Shown: one piece after another, positions 9,301 through 17,741 of the stretch
How the letters are laid out: every line of letters begins with the position of its first letter
How positions within the stretch are numbered: position 1 is the stretch's first letter
Source of the DNA: a virus
DNA length: 36,391 nt
IMG/VR virus record: IMGVR_UViG_2757320708_000001
Location: 1-36,391 of that record
Reading direction: 5' to 3' (one strand)
The notes under the pieces: model-generated
What the model was told of the DNA's origin: nothing
Seen by the model: only the letters and a program-made list of their open reading frames with translations
Databases searched by the model: none
Position numbers and translations under genes: made by a program

Positions 9301-9435
9301 TCATTTTGAAGACTTAGGCTTATGTTCTTGATGAAGTTCATAATAAGCCTCAATTAACATTTTTCTGAATTCTTCTAAATCTTCTTTACTTTCAATTACT
9401 AAAAACTTTTCTCCATTTTTTTCTTCAATTCTCAT
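9301..9435 (-). CDS. Small hypothetical protein (44 aa), not in the ORF track
   Basis: MRIEEKNGEKFLVIESKEDLEEFRKMLIEAYYELHQEHKPKSSK, with AAAGTTTTTTAAATGTC promoter motif upstream. Confidence 0.6.
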   Translation of the reverse strand: MRIEEKNGEKFLVIESKEDLEEFRKMLIEAYYELHQEHKPKSSK

Positions 9436-9491
9436 ATATGAATATTTGTTATTAGACATTTAAAAAACTTTACTTTATCTTTAATTCTGAA

Positions 9492-9803
9492 TTAAAGAAT
9501 TTCACCTTGTTCAGTTTTATCGACTTTACCACAAATTACAGTAATATTAAACATATTTCTATTATATCTCCAATTTACTTTTATTAATTCTGGTCGTCTG
9601 AAAGTTTTAATTATATAATTTACAATTCCTAGACCTCTTTTTTCATAAAATTTTATTGTTACATTCATTATAATTTTTATAGTTACTAAGTTTTCATCTT
9701 CTAAAACTAAATAATCATAAACATTATCAGAGTAACGATTTTTTAACCATTTAAAAATTTGAACTACATATTTTCTACATTCATATTTGACAAGATCATT
9801 CAT
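9492..9803 (-). CDS. Conserved hypothetical protein (103 aa, probably SIRV2 ORF103c-like)
   Basis: Size and position, divergent from the MCP gene. Confidence 0.7.
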   Translation of the reverse strand: MNDLVKYECRKYVVQIFKWLKNRYSDNVYDYLVLEDENLVTIKIIMNVTIKFYEKRGLGIVNYIIKTFRRPELIKVNWRYNRNMFNITVICGKVDKTEQGEIL

Positions 9804-10051
9804 ATTTTAAATTTCATGATCTGACAATTTAATAGTTTTTTTAAAAATAGAAGATAGTATATTAGATGATTAATAATTCTCTTAATTATTGTAGTATTTT
9901 AGTTTAAAATCTTGTCAACTCATATACATAATATAATGTATATAGCTTTGGTTTTGAATTTTACGCCAATTTCATCAACTTATATACATTATATAGTATA
10001 TACGGCGTGAAAATTTATATTGTAGCAATTTTAAATATTAATTGACCAAAA

Positions 10052-10456
10052 ATGGCAAAAGGAAGAACACCAAGATCCTATAGTCAAAGGTATGCAAAAT
10101 GGTCAGCTAAATTTGCATCATTTTCAAATCCTACCGTAGCATCTACTATATTATCAAATGTTGCACCAGTTGCACAACAAAATTTCCAAACAAATGTTCC
10201 AAAATTTACTAGCGTAAATGAACAAGTTTCTAGCGTATTGTCAGAATATGGAATTACTGGTCCTAACAGAGCCATTTACCAAGGCTTTGGTTTGAAGGTA
10301 GCTAGAGCTTTAAATAGGTTGGGAGGAGGGCCAGCACTTGTTAACATGATAAATGGTTTGAAAGCATATTATATTTCAGCATTTAATGCTAATCCTACAG
10401 TATTAGATGCAGTTACTAATATAATTACTGGATCTCCAACTGGATATGTAAGCTAA
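10052..10456 (+). CDS. Major capsid protein (134 aa)
   Basis: MAKGRTPRSYSQRYAKW...GITGPNRAIYQGFGLKVARALNR is the rudiviral MCP. Confidence 0.98.
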   Translation: MAKGRTPRSYSQRYAKWSAKFASFSNPTVASTILSNVAPVAQQNFQTNVPKFTSVNEQVSSVLSEYGITGPNRAIYQGFGLKVARALNRLGGGPALVNMINGLKAYYISAFNANPTVLDAVTNIITGSPTGYVS

Positions 10457-10567
10457 AAAATTATAGAATATCTTTTAAGCTATTTTATTTTTTTATTTTT
10501 TCTTTTTCAGAACTTTAGTTCAAATTTAAAATTTTAAAAAAATCACTTTTAACTTTTTAACTTGAAA

Positions 10568-10738
10568 TTAATCATTATCATCAATTTTTGTTTCTATATA
10601 CTCATAATTTGTTTTACTTATTCTTTTACAATCACTAATTTTTACATTAGGATGATGTTTTTTCAAATGTGTAATCATAGCTTTTCTAGTTCTCGTTAAA
10701 TGTTGACAAATTGGACACTCGAACAAAAAGATGCCCAT
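10568..10738 (-). CDS. C2H2 zinc-finger protein (56 aa, SIRV2 ORF55-like)
   Basis: FECPICQHLTRTRKAMITHLKKHH; start taken at MGIF. Confidence 0.8.
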   Translation of the reverse strand: MGIFLFECPICQHLTRTRKAMITHLKKHHPNVKISDCKRISKTNYEYIETKIDDND

Positions 10739-10774
10739 GATATTTTTTAATGTCATGACATTTAAAAAATTCAC

Positions 10775-11782
10775 ATGAAAACTACAATTTTGACCATGAA
10801 CTATTCCTCAATTCGTAATGTTTCAGAGGATATTGCACAAGTTTTACGAAAAAATGGAGAAATTGTAACAATTTCAACAAATCCATATTTAATTCCACAA
10901 TCTGATAAATTAATAATTTTTATGCCTTTCCATCCACCATCTCTAAATCCATATTTGTATGCATTTAGAGAATTTAAAGGTAAGAAGTATTTTTATACAA
11001 CTTGTGATGGTTTACCTAATACAAATATTGTAAATCAATATCTATTAGAAAATATAATATTTATTCCAAATTCAAAGTTTACAGCTCAAAATCTTCAAGA
11101 AGTTGGTCTTCAAACTGATCTTCCAGTTTTCCACGGTATAAATTTTGAAATTGTAGAAAAAGCTGAAAAATTAGCTATTCAATTAAAGCAAAAGCTGGAT
11201 AAAGATTTTCCAAATTCCATAAAATTTGGAATTGTAAGTGGTTTAACTAAAAGAAAAAATATGGATCTTATGATAAGAGTTTTCCAAGAAATAAATACTA
11301 AAATTCCAGAATTAGCCAAGAAAATCCATTTCTTTGTAATTTCTCATAAAGCATTTAAAGATTTTGAAGTTCCTGAAAATGTGCATTTTGTTTCAGAATT
11401 TGGTCTAAATCCAAGAGAATACATTTTTGCATTCTATCGCTCCATGGATTATATGATAGTTCCTTCTGGAACTGAGGGCTTTGGACTTCCAGTTTTAGAA
11501 AGCATGGCCATGGGAACGCCGGTCATTCATCAACTTATGGCACCGTTTGATGAATTTACCTCATGGCAGTGGAACCTTTTGATTAAATCTTCAGAAGTTG
11601 AAGAATATTATGATAAAACGCATGGGCAAAAATGGAAAATTCATAAATTTGATATTCATGACATGATAAATGCAATATTAATAGCTTCAGAACTTCAAGA
11701 TAGAGATGAGAGAAATAAAAATTTAAGAGAGTTAGCAAGAAAATATAATATAGAAAATTTATATGTCAGATTTTTAGAGTGA
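10775..11782 (+). CDS. GT-B glycosyltransferase (ORF335 homolog)
   Basis: KRKN and VPSGTEGFGLPVLESMAMGTPVI GT4 signature. Confidence 0.93.
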   Translation: MKTTILTMNYSSIRNVSEDIAQVLRKNGEIVTISTNPYLIPQSDKLIIFMPFHPPSLNPYLYAFREFKGKKYFYTTCDGLPNTNIVNQYLLENIIFIPNSKFTAQNLQEVGLQTDLPVFHGINFEIVEKAEKLAIQLKQKLDKDFPNSIKFGIVSGLTKRKNMDLMIRVFQEINTKIPELAKKIHFFVISHKAFKDFEVPENVHFVSEFGLNPREYIFAFYRSMDYMIVPSGTEGFGLPVLESMAMGTPVIHQLMAPFDEFTSWQWNLLIKSSEVEEYYDKTHGQKWKIHKFDIHDMINAILIASELQDRDERNKNLRELARKYNIENLYVRFLE

Positions 11783-11845
11783 CTTCAAGAGCTGATTAAT
11801 CGAAAAATTTATATGCTTTATATGATATATAATTATAGTGAGAGT

Positions 11846-11971
11846 ATGGAGGAAGTAATAATTGAATGTAAAGGTCTTACAAAGTTTCATGTAAAGAAAA
11901 AGAAAGGTATACAAATTAAAAATATAATAAATATGTGCAAAGATTATGGCTTGGAAGTGAAGGTGTATTAA
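11846..11971 (+). CDS. Small basic protein (41 aa), not in the ORF track
   Basis: MEEVIIECKGLTKFHVKKKKGIQIKNIINMCKDYGLEVKVY, ending 3 bp before 11975. Confidence 0.5.
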   Translation: MEEVIIECKGLTKFHVKKKKGIQIKNIINMCKDYGLEVKVY

Positions 11972-11974
11972 AAA

Positions 11975-12274
11975 ATGCCAAAATTCTATTATTGCTTTTT
12001 ATGTAAAACTACACTTGTTGGGAAAAAAGAATTCAAAAAACATGCACAGATACACTTTAAAAATAATAGATGTCCATATTGCAATATGAAAACTAAAAAT
12101 TTATCAATACATTTAGCATATTATCATTTACAATTTAGAAGAAAAGCAGTCTTATTAAGGGATTTAGCAATATTGTGCAAGGAAGCAAATACTACAAATA
12201 TTCTTCATGATAAAGATTTAAAAATTGATAATTACATCAAATTCAATATACAAAGAATGATGAAAAAGTTATAA
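11975..12274 (+). CDS. Double C2H2 zinc-finger protein (99 aa)
   Basis: CFLC...HAQIH and CPYC...HLAYYH. Confidence 0.8.
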   Translation: MPKFYYCFLCKTTLVGKKEFKKHAQIHFKNNRCPYCNMKTKNLSIHLAYYHLQFRRKAVLLRDLAILCKEANTTNILHDKDLKIDNYIKFNIQRMMKKL

Positions 12275-12350
12275 TTCTTTTTTTTAATACTATTTCTTTT
12301 GTCGAATGCTTTATATCTGTCATATTACATGTTTTTATTTACGTGAAAAA

Positions 12351-12551
12351 ATGGTAAACAAAATAGACATAATAAAAATTCACATATTATCTAAATTAGA
12401 ATATGAATTAATAAATGAAATAGTACAGAATAAAGAATTTGATGATAAAGACATAGTTGATATTTTAATGTTAATAAAAAATATTTTAAATGAAATTGAT
12501 ACGACTTTAACAATTTTAATAAGAACAACACAAAAAAATAACAATTTATAA
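12351..12551 (+). CDS. Hypothetical helical protein (66 aa)
   Basis: ATG 12351 follows a TTATATCTGTCAT promoter. Confidence 0.6.
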   Translation: MVNKIDIIKIHILSKLEYELINEIVQNKEFDDKDIVDILMLIKNILNEIDTTLTILIRTTQKNNNL

Positions 12552-12567
12552 ACTTAGAGGTGTTAAA

Positions 12568-12891
12568 ATGGAGATTATAAAAGATTATGCTTTAGATAAT
12601 TTAGATATAATGATAATTTTATCTATAGGGAAAAAAGGAAATTCAAGTAAAAAAATTCATGAAACAGTTATAGAACTTTCGAAATTATTAAATATAAAAA
12701 TTGATTGTATTGATAATTATTGTGAAGATGTTGCAGAAAGGATAAATTCTCCATCAAGAATTCCATTTTGGATTAAGGTCAATTATAGATATAGATTGAA
12801 CAAATTAGGAAGAATAGCATATGATATAATAATAGAAAAACTAAAAGAGAAAAAAAGAGAAGATATGTTAAAAATATTAGAAAAACTTTAG
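12568..12891 (+). CDS. Putative winged-helix protein (107 aa)
   Basis: GAGGTG RBS. The SKKIHETV...YCEDVAE...YRLNKLG pattern is wHTH-like (weak). Confidence 0.65.
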   Translation: MEIIKDYALDNLDIMIILSIGKKGNSSKKIHETVIELSKLLNIKIDCIDNYCEDVAERINSPSRIPFWIKVNYRYRLNKLGRIAYDIIIEKLKEKKREDMLKILEKL

Positions 12892-13109
12892 CTCAATTTC
12901 TTTTTTATTTCTTCAATTTGTTGTTTTAATTCATTCTGATTTATTTTCAACTCTTCAATTTCTATTTTTAAATTTTGTAGTTCTGAATTAACTATTTCTT
13001 TAACTGCGTCTCTTAATGCATTCTTAATTTTTAAATAAAGTTGAACAATTGCAAATAATGTAGTTACAAATGTTGAAATTATAGTTAAAACAAGTGTATA
13101 CTCACTCAT
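12888..13109 (-). CDS. TM-anchored coiled-coil protein (73 aa)
   Basis: N-terminal hydrophobic helix followed by heptads. Confidence 0.8.
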   Translation of the reverse strand: MSEYTLVLTIISTFVTTLFAIVQLYLKIKNALRDAVKEIVNSELQNLKIEIEELKINQNELKQQIEEIKKKLS

Positions 13110-13470
13110 CTTTGATCCCTTGTATTTCTTCTTCTAGATTATCTAAATTTGTATTTTCATCATTTTTGAATTTCTGGTAAACAGAATCAACTTGTTTCGC
13201 GTAAGGTTGTGGATAAACTACGCGAAAATCTGCGATATCAATTCTACCAGTTTTAGGATCTTTTGCAATTAAAAACTGGAAATAAAAAGTAAATCCGGGG
13301 ATATATAAATCTACAATCATGGGCAATTCTGAATTTTTCAAAACAATAATTGAATGAGGTAAATATTTACTAAGGCCATAAATTTGACCTTGAAGTTCTA
13401 GTTCTCTAATTTTGTCTATCGCGATTCTCACGGGACCGAAAATATTCGAAAACTCATCTTTAATTTGCAT
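13102..13470 (-). CDS. Conserved rudiviral hypothetical protein (122 aa)
   Basis: Overlaps the 73-aa gene by 8 bp; palindromic element upstream at 13522. Confidence 0.8.
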   Translation of the reverse strand: MQIKDEFSNIFGPVRIAIDKIRELELQGQIYGLSKYLPHSIIVLKNSELPMIVDLYIPGFTFYFQFLIAKDPKTGRIDIADFRVVYPQPYAKQVDSVYQKFKNDENTNLDNLEEEIQGIKDE

Positions 13471-13619
13471 GTTTATTTATTTCATAAAACAAGAATAAAT
13501 AAACTCAAAGCAAATTTGCTATATACATAATATTATGAATATACATTTGTTGATGAGTACGTAAAGCATGAGCGAAAACTTTTTATATTTCGAAAACCAA
13601 TATTATCTTGGTGAAAGGA

Positions 13620-13973
13620 ATGAGAAGTCAAAAAACACAAAACAAAAGTCAAAACAAGTTACTTTTTTGTAAATTATGTCCTTTTGTAGCCGAATCTTAT
13701 GAAGAATTAGATCATCACATAAAAATGAGTCATTCTTATGATGATGATATTGAGGAAGAATTTACGCCAATTTTTGTAGATAAAAAAACCTATGAAAAAA
13801 TGTTATATAATGATTATTTAAGAATTTGTAAAGGAGGAGGATGTATTATTAGACCACAAATTGATTTTGAAGATGACAAAAATGAAGTAAGAAGATTGTA
13901 CAAAGAATATTGTGAAACTTGTGAATTAAAGAAATTATTACTTTCTGAATTAAAGCAAAATGGAAAAATGTAA
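13620..13973 (+). CDS. C2H2 zinc-finger protein with extra Cys motifs (117 aa)
   Basis: CKLCPFVAESYEELDHHIKMSH, later CKGGGC and CETC. GGTGA RBS before ATG 13620. Confidence 0.75.
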   Translation: MRSQKTQNKSQNKLLFCKLCPFVAESYEELDHHIKMSHSYDDDIEEEFTPIFVDKKTYEKMLYNDYLRICKGGGCIIRPQIDFEDDKNEVRRLYKEYCETCELKKLLLSELKQNGKM

Positions 13974-14099
13974 ATTTATTAATTTTTTATTTTTTTATCT
14001 CTAATTTTTTTCATCTTTGTATTAATATTTCAGCTTTTTGAAATAAATAAAGCAAAAGATTTTCATATTTCAAAAACATATATCATATCAGGGATAAAG

Positions 14100-14237
14100 A
14101 TGAGCGTAAAAGAAATTGAACAACAAATAATTAAGTTAGCACATGAGTTCAGTAAAAAGTATGGACAAGAAATACTAGAATTAAATGAATATGAATTAAC
14201 AGCATATATAAATTCAAAGTTAGATTATGAATTTTGA
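14100..14237 (+). CDS. Small hypothetical protein (45 aa), not in the ORF track
   Basis: MSVKEIEQQIIKLAHEFSKKYGQEILELNEYELTAYINSKLDYEF, with promoter-like tract upstream and T-tract downstream. Confidence 0.55.
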   Translation: MSVKEIEQQIIKLAHEFSKKYGQEILELNEYELTAYINSKLDYEF

Positions 14238-14287
14238 AAATATTTTAATTTTTATCAATTAAAATTGTTAATACTTTTATCTAAATC

Positions 14288-14446
14288 TTAAGTTAATATT
14301 TTTAAAATTTTTTTCTTATCAATCTTTTTATCAGTTTTGCAAGGTATATAAAATCCTTCATGTAAATCATACGGTTCACCATACCATAATTTTTTATTCA
14401 AATTACATGGCTCAATATTCCAATCTTTTTTCTTTTTAATTATCAT
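14288..14446 (-). CDS. Small basic protein (52 aa), not in the ORF track
   Basis: MIIKKKKDWNIEPCNLNKKLWYGEPYDLHEGFYIPCKTDKKIDKKKILKILT, starting 13 bp after the ORF488 stop. Confidence 0.45.
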   Translation of the reverse strand: MIIKKKKDWNIEPCNLNKKLWYGEPYDLHEGFYIPCKTDKKIDKKKILKILT

Positions 14447-14459
14447 GTTTATCAATTCT

Positions 14460-15860
14460 TTATCTTTCAGCTATGTTTTTAAAGTTTTTGTAATAGAAGA
14501 TTGGCTTATATTGTTTGGCTTTTGCAGACTTTTGAGCTAACTTAAGCGAATTTTCAACTTTTGCTTGACCTTGTAATTTCTCTCCAAGTTGTTGAGCAAA
14601 TTGCAAATCAACATTTGAAATTCCATAAAATGACCACTTATTCTTCCAATAATTCAAAAATTCATTATAAGGAAGTGTTCTTTTTCCAGTTGAATAACTA
14701 TAATTTTGTTGATAAGGATATCTAGCAATTTCCAAAATTGCTGAAGCTACCATTTTAGCATACCATATATTAGAATATTTCTTGTTTACAATTCTTTGGA
14801 CTTGTAAAAATTGTTCATATGAAACTGCATAATTTTCAATTTCAGAACTGTAAGTTATGTTTATTCCTCCAGGAGATGGGTCATATAAATGTTGTTTAAA
14901 CAAACTTCCAAATATTGAAATTACAGTTTTATCAGCAGACAAAATGGAAACTAAATCTAATTGTGTGATATTGTTTGGATTAAATTCTGGAATTAGAATT
15001 GATAAATCTAAAGGCGAATAATCTAATATCATTCCGAAAACGTTAGCAAAATTTTGTAAAATCATACCGTTTTGTAACTGGACTTTATACTCTGGACTTT
15101 CTTCAATTTCTGGAGCTAAAACACATCTGTCTAACCATCCAACATCTAAAGCAAATCCGCTATTAATTATATCATTTAAGTTAGGAATAAATGAAACTAT
15201 GAATTTTGCTAAATCTGGAAGTTGATTATAGTTTAAATTTAAAGCATTCAATAAATCACCAACTCCAGTGTCTTGAATATTAGAAAGTGAATAATTATCA
15301 ACATTTGGAATTTGAGTATTTCCAATTCCTAAAGTTTGTAAGTTAATACTAATATTTGAATAACTTAAACTATTAAAATATTGTTCTATTTTTTCACATG
15401 CATTATTTCTGTTAATAATTGTATTTGCTGACTGAAAAACACTTAAGTCAAAATATGTCTCATCAAAAACTGCAGGCTGATATAAAATTGAACAAAGATT
15501 TACATAATTATCATAAAGTTGTGTAGATTTGTTTATAAAATCAAGACCAGAAGTTTGACCATAAATTCCACTTTGACCTAATTGTAGAAAACTAAATGAA
15601 TTTGTATTTGGATTAAATATTGACATTGCTAAATTGTTTAATGCGGAAAGTAAAGATGAAATAATTGTAGCATATGCAATTCCATAATTAGTATTTATAC
15701 CTTTAGGAACTGAAATGTTCTCAAGCGGTGTTGGTAAAACTGATGAAACTCCAGCGTTAAACATTTGCGAAAAAGCGGGAAAAGTATTTCTATTTAGTAC
15801 TTTTTGATAAAGATGATATTTCATTTGTGCAATTGATCTTTGTCCTACTTTCCTACCCAT
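14460..15860 (-). CDS. Minor virion structural protein (SIRV2 ORF488 homolog)
   Basis: MGRKVGQRSIAQMKYHLYQKVLN start, size and position. Confidence 0.85.
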   Translation of the reverse strand: MGRKVGQRSIAQMKYHLYQKVLNRNTFPAFSQMFNAGVSSVLPTPLENISVPKGINTNYGIAYATIISSLLSALNNLAMSIFNPNTNSFSFLQLGQSGIYGQTSGLDFINKSTQLYDNYVNLCSILYQPAVFDETYFDLSVFQSANTIINRNNACEKIEQYFNSLSYSNISINLQTLGIGNTQIPNVDNYSLSNIQDTGVGDLLNALNLNYNQLPDLAKFIVSFIPNLNDIINSGFALDVGWLDRCVLAPEIEESPEYKVQLQNGMILQNFANVFGMILDYSPLDLSILIPEFNPNNITQLDLVSILSADKTVISIFGSLFKQHLYDPSPGGINITYSSEIENYAVSYEQFLQVQRIVNKKYSNIWYAKMVASAILEIARYPYQQNYSYSTGKRTLPYNEFLNYWKNKWSFYGISNVDLQFAQQLGEKLQGQAKVENSLKLAQKSAKAKQYKPIFYYKNFKNIAER

Positions 15861-15994
15861 AATTATTATATTTGTAAAAGTCAAAATAAAAACTTAATTC
15901 TAATATACAATATAATGTATATCAGTTTTACTCTTTGATCTCATCATATTCAATTCATAAAATATATATTTGTCATATTTTGAGTTACAAATAT

Positions 15995-16453
15995 ATGCAG
16001 TTACAATTTAGAATAGAAGAAGCGAAAAGTAAAGAATTAATAAAATTTGTAAGAATGCTTATTGACTTTTACCATTTTCAAGGAATGCCTTTGGGCGGTG
16101 GAGCTGGAAAAAATAGCAGATATTTTATGTATATTGCTAACGACAGTGAGCAAGATTTTATTGTAGCAGTGGCATGGTTACATGATAACACGCCATTTCG
16201 TTACATAGCTCAAGAATACAAAATTCCAGATAATAGAAGTTATTTTATTAGAAGAGTTACAAAAACAGCTCCTGGAGATTATGACATTAATTTTCTAGTT
16301 GATTTAGCTAAGAAGTTAAAAAGTGATGGATTTGAAGTACTTTGGACACTTGGATTTCCAGATCATTCAAATGCACTTTACAAGAAAGCTGGATTTCAAG
16401 AAGTTGGGAAAACAAATAGAACTGGACATCCAATTTTCATTAAAAAATTATAA
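15995..16453 (+). CDS. Putative GNAT-like acetyltransferase (ORF154 homolog)
   Basis: FIRRVTK and NALYKKAGFQEVGKT GNAT motif B. ATG 15995 follows a TATA-GTC promoter. Confidence 0.8.
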   Translation: MQLQFRIEEAKSKELIKFVRMLIDFYHFQGMPLGGGAGKNSRYFMYIANDSEQDFIVAVAWLHDNTPFRYIAQEYKIPDNRSYFIRRVTKTAPGDYDINFLVDLAKKLKSDGFEVLWTLGFPDHSNALYKKAGFQEVGKTNRTGHPIFIKKL

Positions 16454-16729
16454 CTTATGTTTTTTAATTTTTTTTGCTACATATACAGATTCAATTATTG
16501 CAAGAAGTGTTTCAAGTTGAACATCATTATCGATAAGTACTCCAAAAAGATAACCAAAGAAAATAATTAAAGAATCCATACTTATTTTTTCATCTTTGTA
16601 GCTTTCTAAAAGATCATAAAAAGCATATTCTAGATAACTTACTTGTTTTTCTATAATTTTAAGTGAGTTTTCATCTGGATGAAAAGTTTCTTTAAAAACT
16701 TCTATTATTTTCTGTAAACCGGGATCCAT
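16448..16729 (-). CDS. Hypothetical helical protein (93 aa)
   Basis: ORF with its own promoter (TTTAAATTTGTCAT read on the minus strand). Confidence 0.7.
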   Translation of the reverse strand: MDPGLQKIIEVFKETFHPDENSLKIIEKQVSYLEYAFYDLLESYKDEKISMDSLIIFFGYLFGVLIDNDVQLETLLAIIESVYVAKKIKKHKL

Positions 16730-16801
16730 ATATCATCAATATAAAAATTTTTATATGACAAATTTAAACATATATATGTCATAATTTTTAAGTTTAATTT
16801 G

Positions 16802-17185
16802 ATGAATTTTAGACAATCTGGAAAATATTATGAATATAAGACACTTAATTATCTTGAAAAACATGGATACAAAGCTATAAGAATTCCAGTTTCTGGAACT
16901 GGAAAACAGCCAATTCCAGATATTATAGCAACTAAGGATAATACAATTTTTCCAATTGAAGTTAAATCAACTTCACAAAATTATGTTGTAGTTGATAATT
17001 TTCAAATTGATAAATTGTTTAAGTTCTGTGAGATATTCAATTTTTGTAATTGTAAACCGTTAATACTAGTTCATTATAAAAAATATAAAAATGTCATAAT
17101 ATATAATTTGAGTCAAGATGTCAGAACAAAAGAAAAAATCAAATTTACCTTCAGAGCTAACAGCAAAACTGTATTTAGCACTTGA
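16802..17185 (+). CDS. hjc: Holliday junction resolvase (Hjc family)
   Basis: GKYYE, RIPVSG, PDIIATK and IEVKST PD-(D/E)xK motifs. Confidence 0.95.
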   Translation: MNFRQSGKYYEYKTLNYLEKHGYKAIRIPVSGTGKQPIPDIIATKDNTIFPIEVKSTSQNYVVVDNFQIDKLFKFCEIFNFCNCKPLILVHYKKYKNVIIYNLSQDVRTKEKIKFTFRANSKTVFST

Positions 17186-17327
17186 CGATTTAACTATGGC
17201 ATTAGCTACTTGTGATAGTGAAGAAATTAGAAAAAGTGAAGTTTTTCAAAAAGCTCTAGAAGTTGTAAAAATTGTTAAAGAAATGAGAAATGCTAAAATA
17301 AAATCTGATGAAGAAGAAAAAGCTTAA
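17118..17327 (+). CDS. Conserved protein (SIRV2 ORF69 homolog)
   Basis: 69 aa, overlaps the 3' end of the resolvase gene by 68 nt. Confidence 0.8.
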   Translation: MSEQKKKSNLPSELTAKLYLALDDLTMALATCDSEEIRKSEVFQKALEVVKIVKEMRNAKIKSDEEEKA

Positions 17328-17741
17328 ATTACTATTTTTTTCAAGTTAAAGAGATATCAAGTTTGATATAACTCTTTTCATCTAAAATTTTTTTCTTTAT
17401 AAATCTCGTTACACTCTTTCTTTGCGTAAAATTACGTTAAGAAAAATAAAAATATCGAGAGATAAGAGTTTTAAAAGATTTCTTGTAAACTAACGCGTTT
17501 GGTTTATATACTCATCATTACAATTTCTTAGCAAGATGATGAGAAAAAATATCATCTGGAGAATTGAAAGAAAGAGATTATAAAAAATAGTGACAAAAAA
17601 TGTAAATAAAAAAATCGAAAAACAAAAAAGTTTTTACTTCTTCAGTTGAAAACTTCAAAAAAAGGAAGAAGATTTTTACATAAAACAATTTTTACTTTTA
17701 CAACAACATTTATAATTTTATAATATACACATGATAATAAT

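Noticed and set aside
8884-9309. 141-aa plus-strand ORF
   Set aside because: Antisense to the two membrane-protein genes; S/I/F-rich shadow composition.
8734-9400. Additional ATTGAAAG crRNA-handle matches (~8734, 9023, 9199, 9390)
   Set aside because: They fall inside coding sequence (EIER or IESK codons, or antisense to a gene), and 8-mers are expected by chance in AT-rich DNA.
17534-17560. C/D-box sRNA (ATGATGA box C)
   Set aside because: No proper CTGA box D at a suitable distance (CTGGA only).
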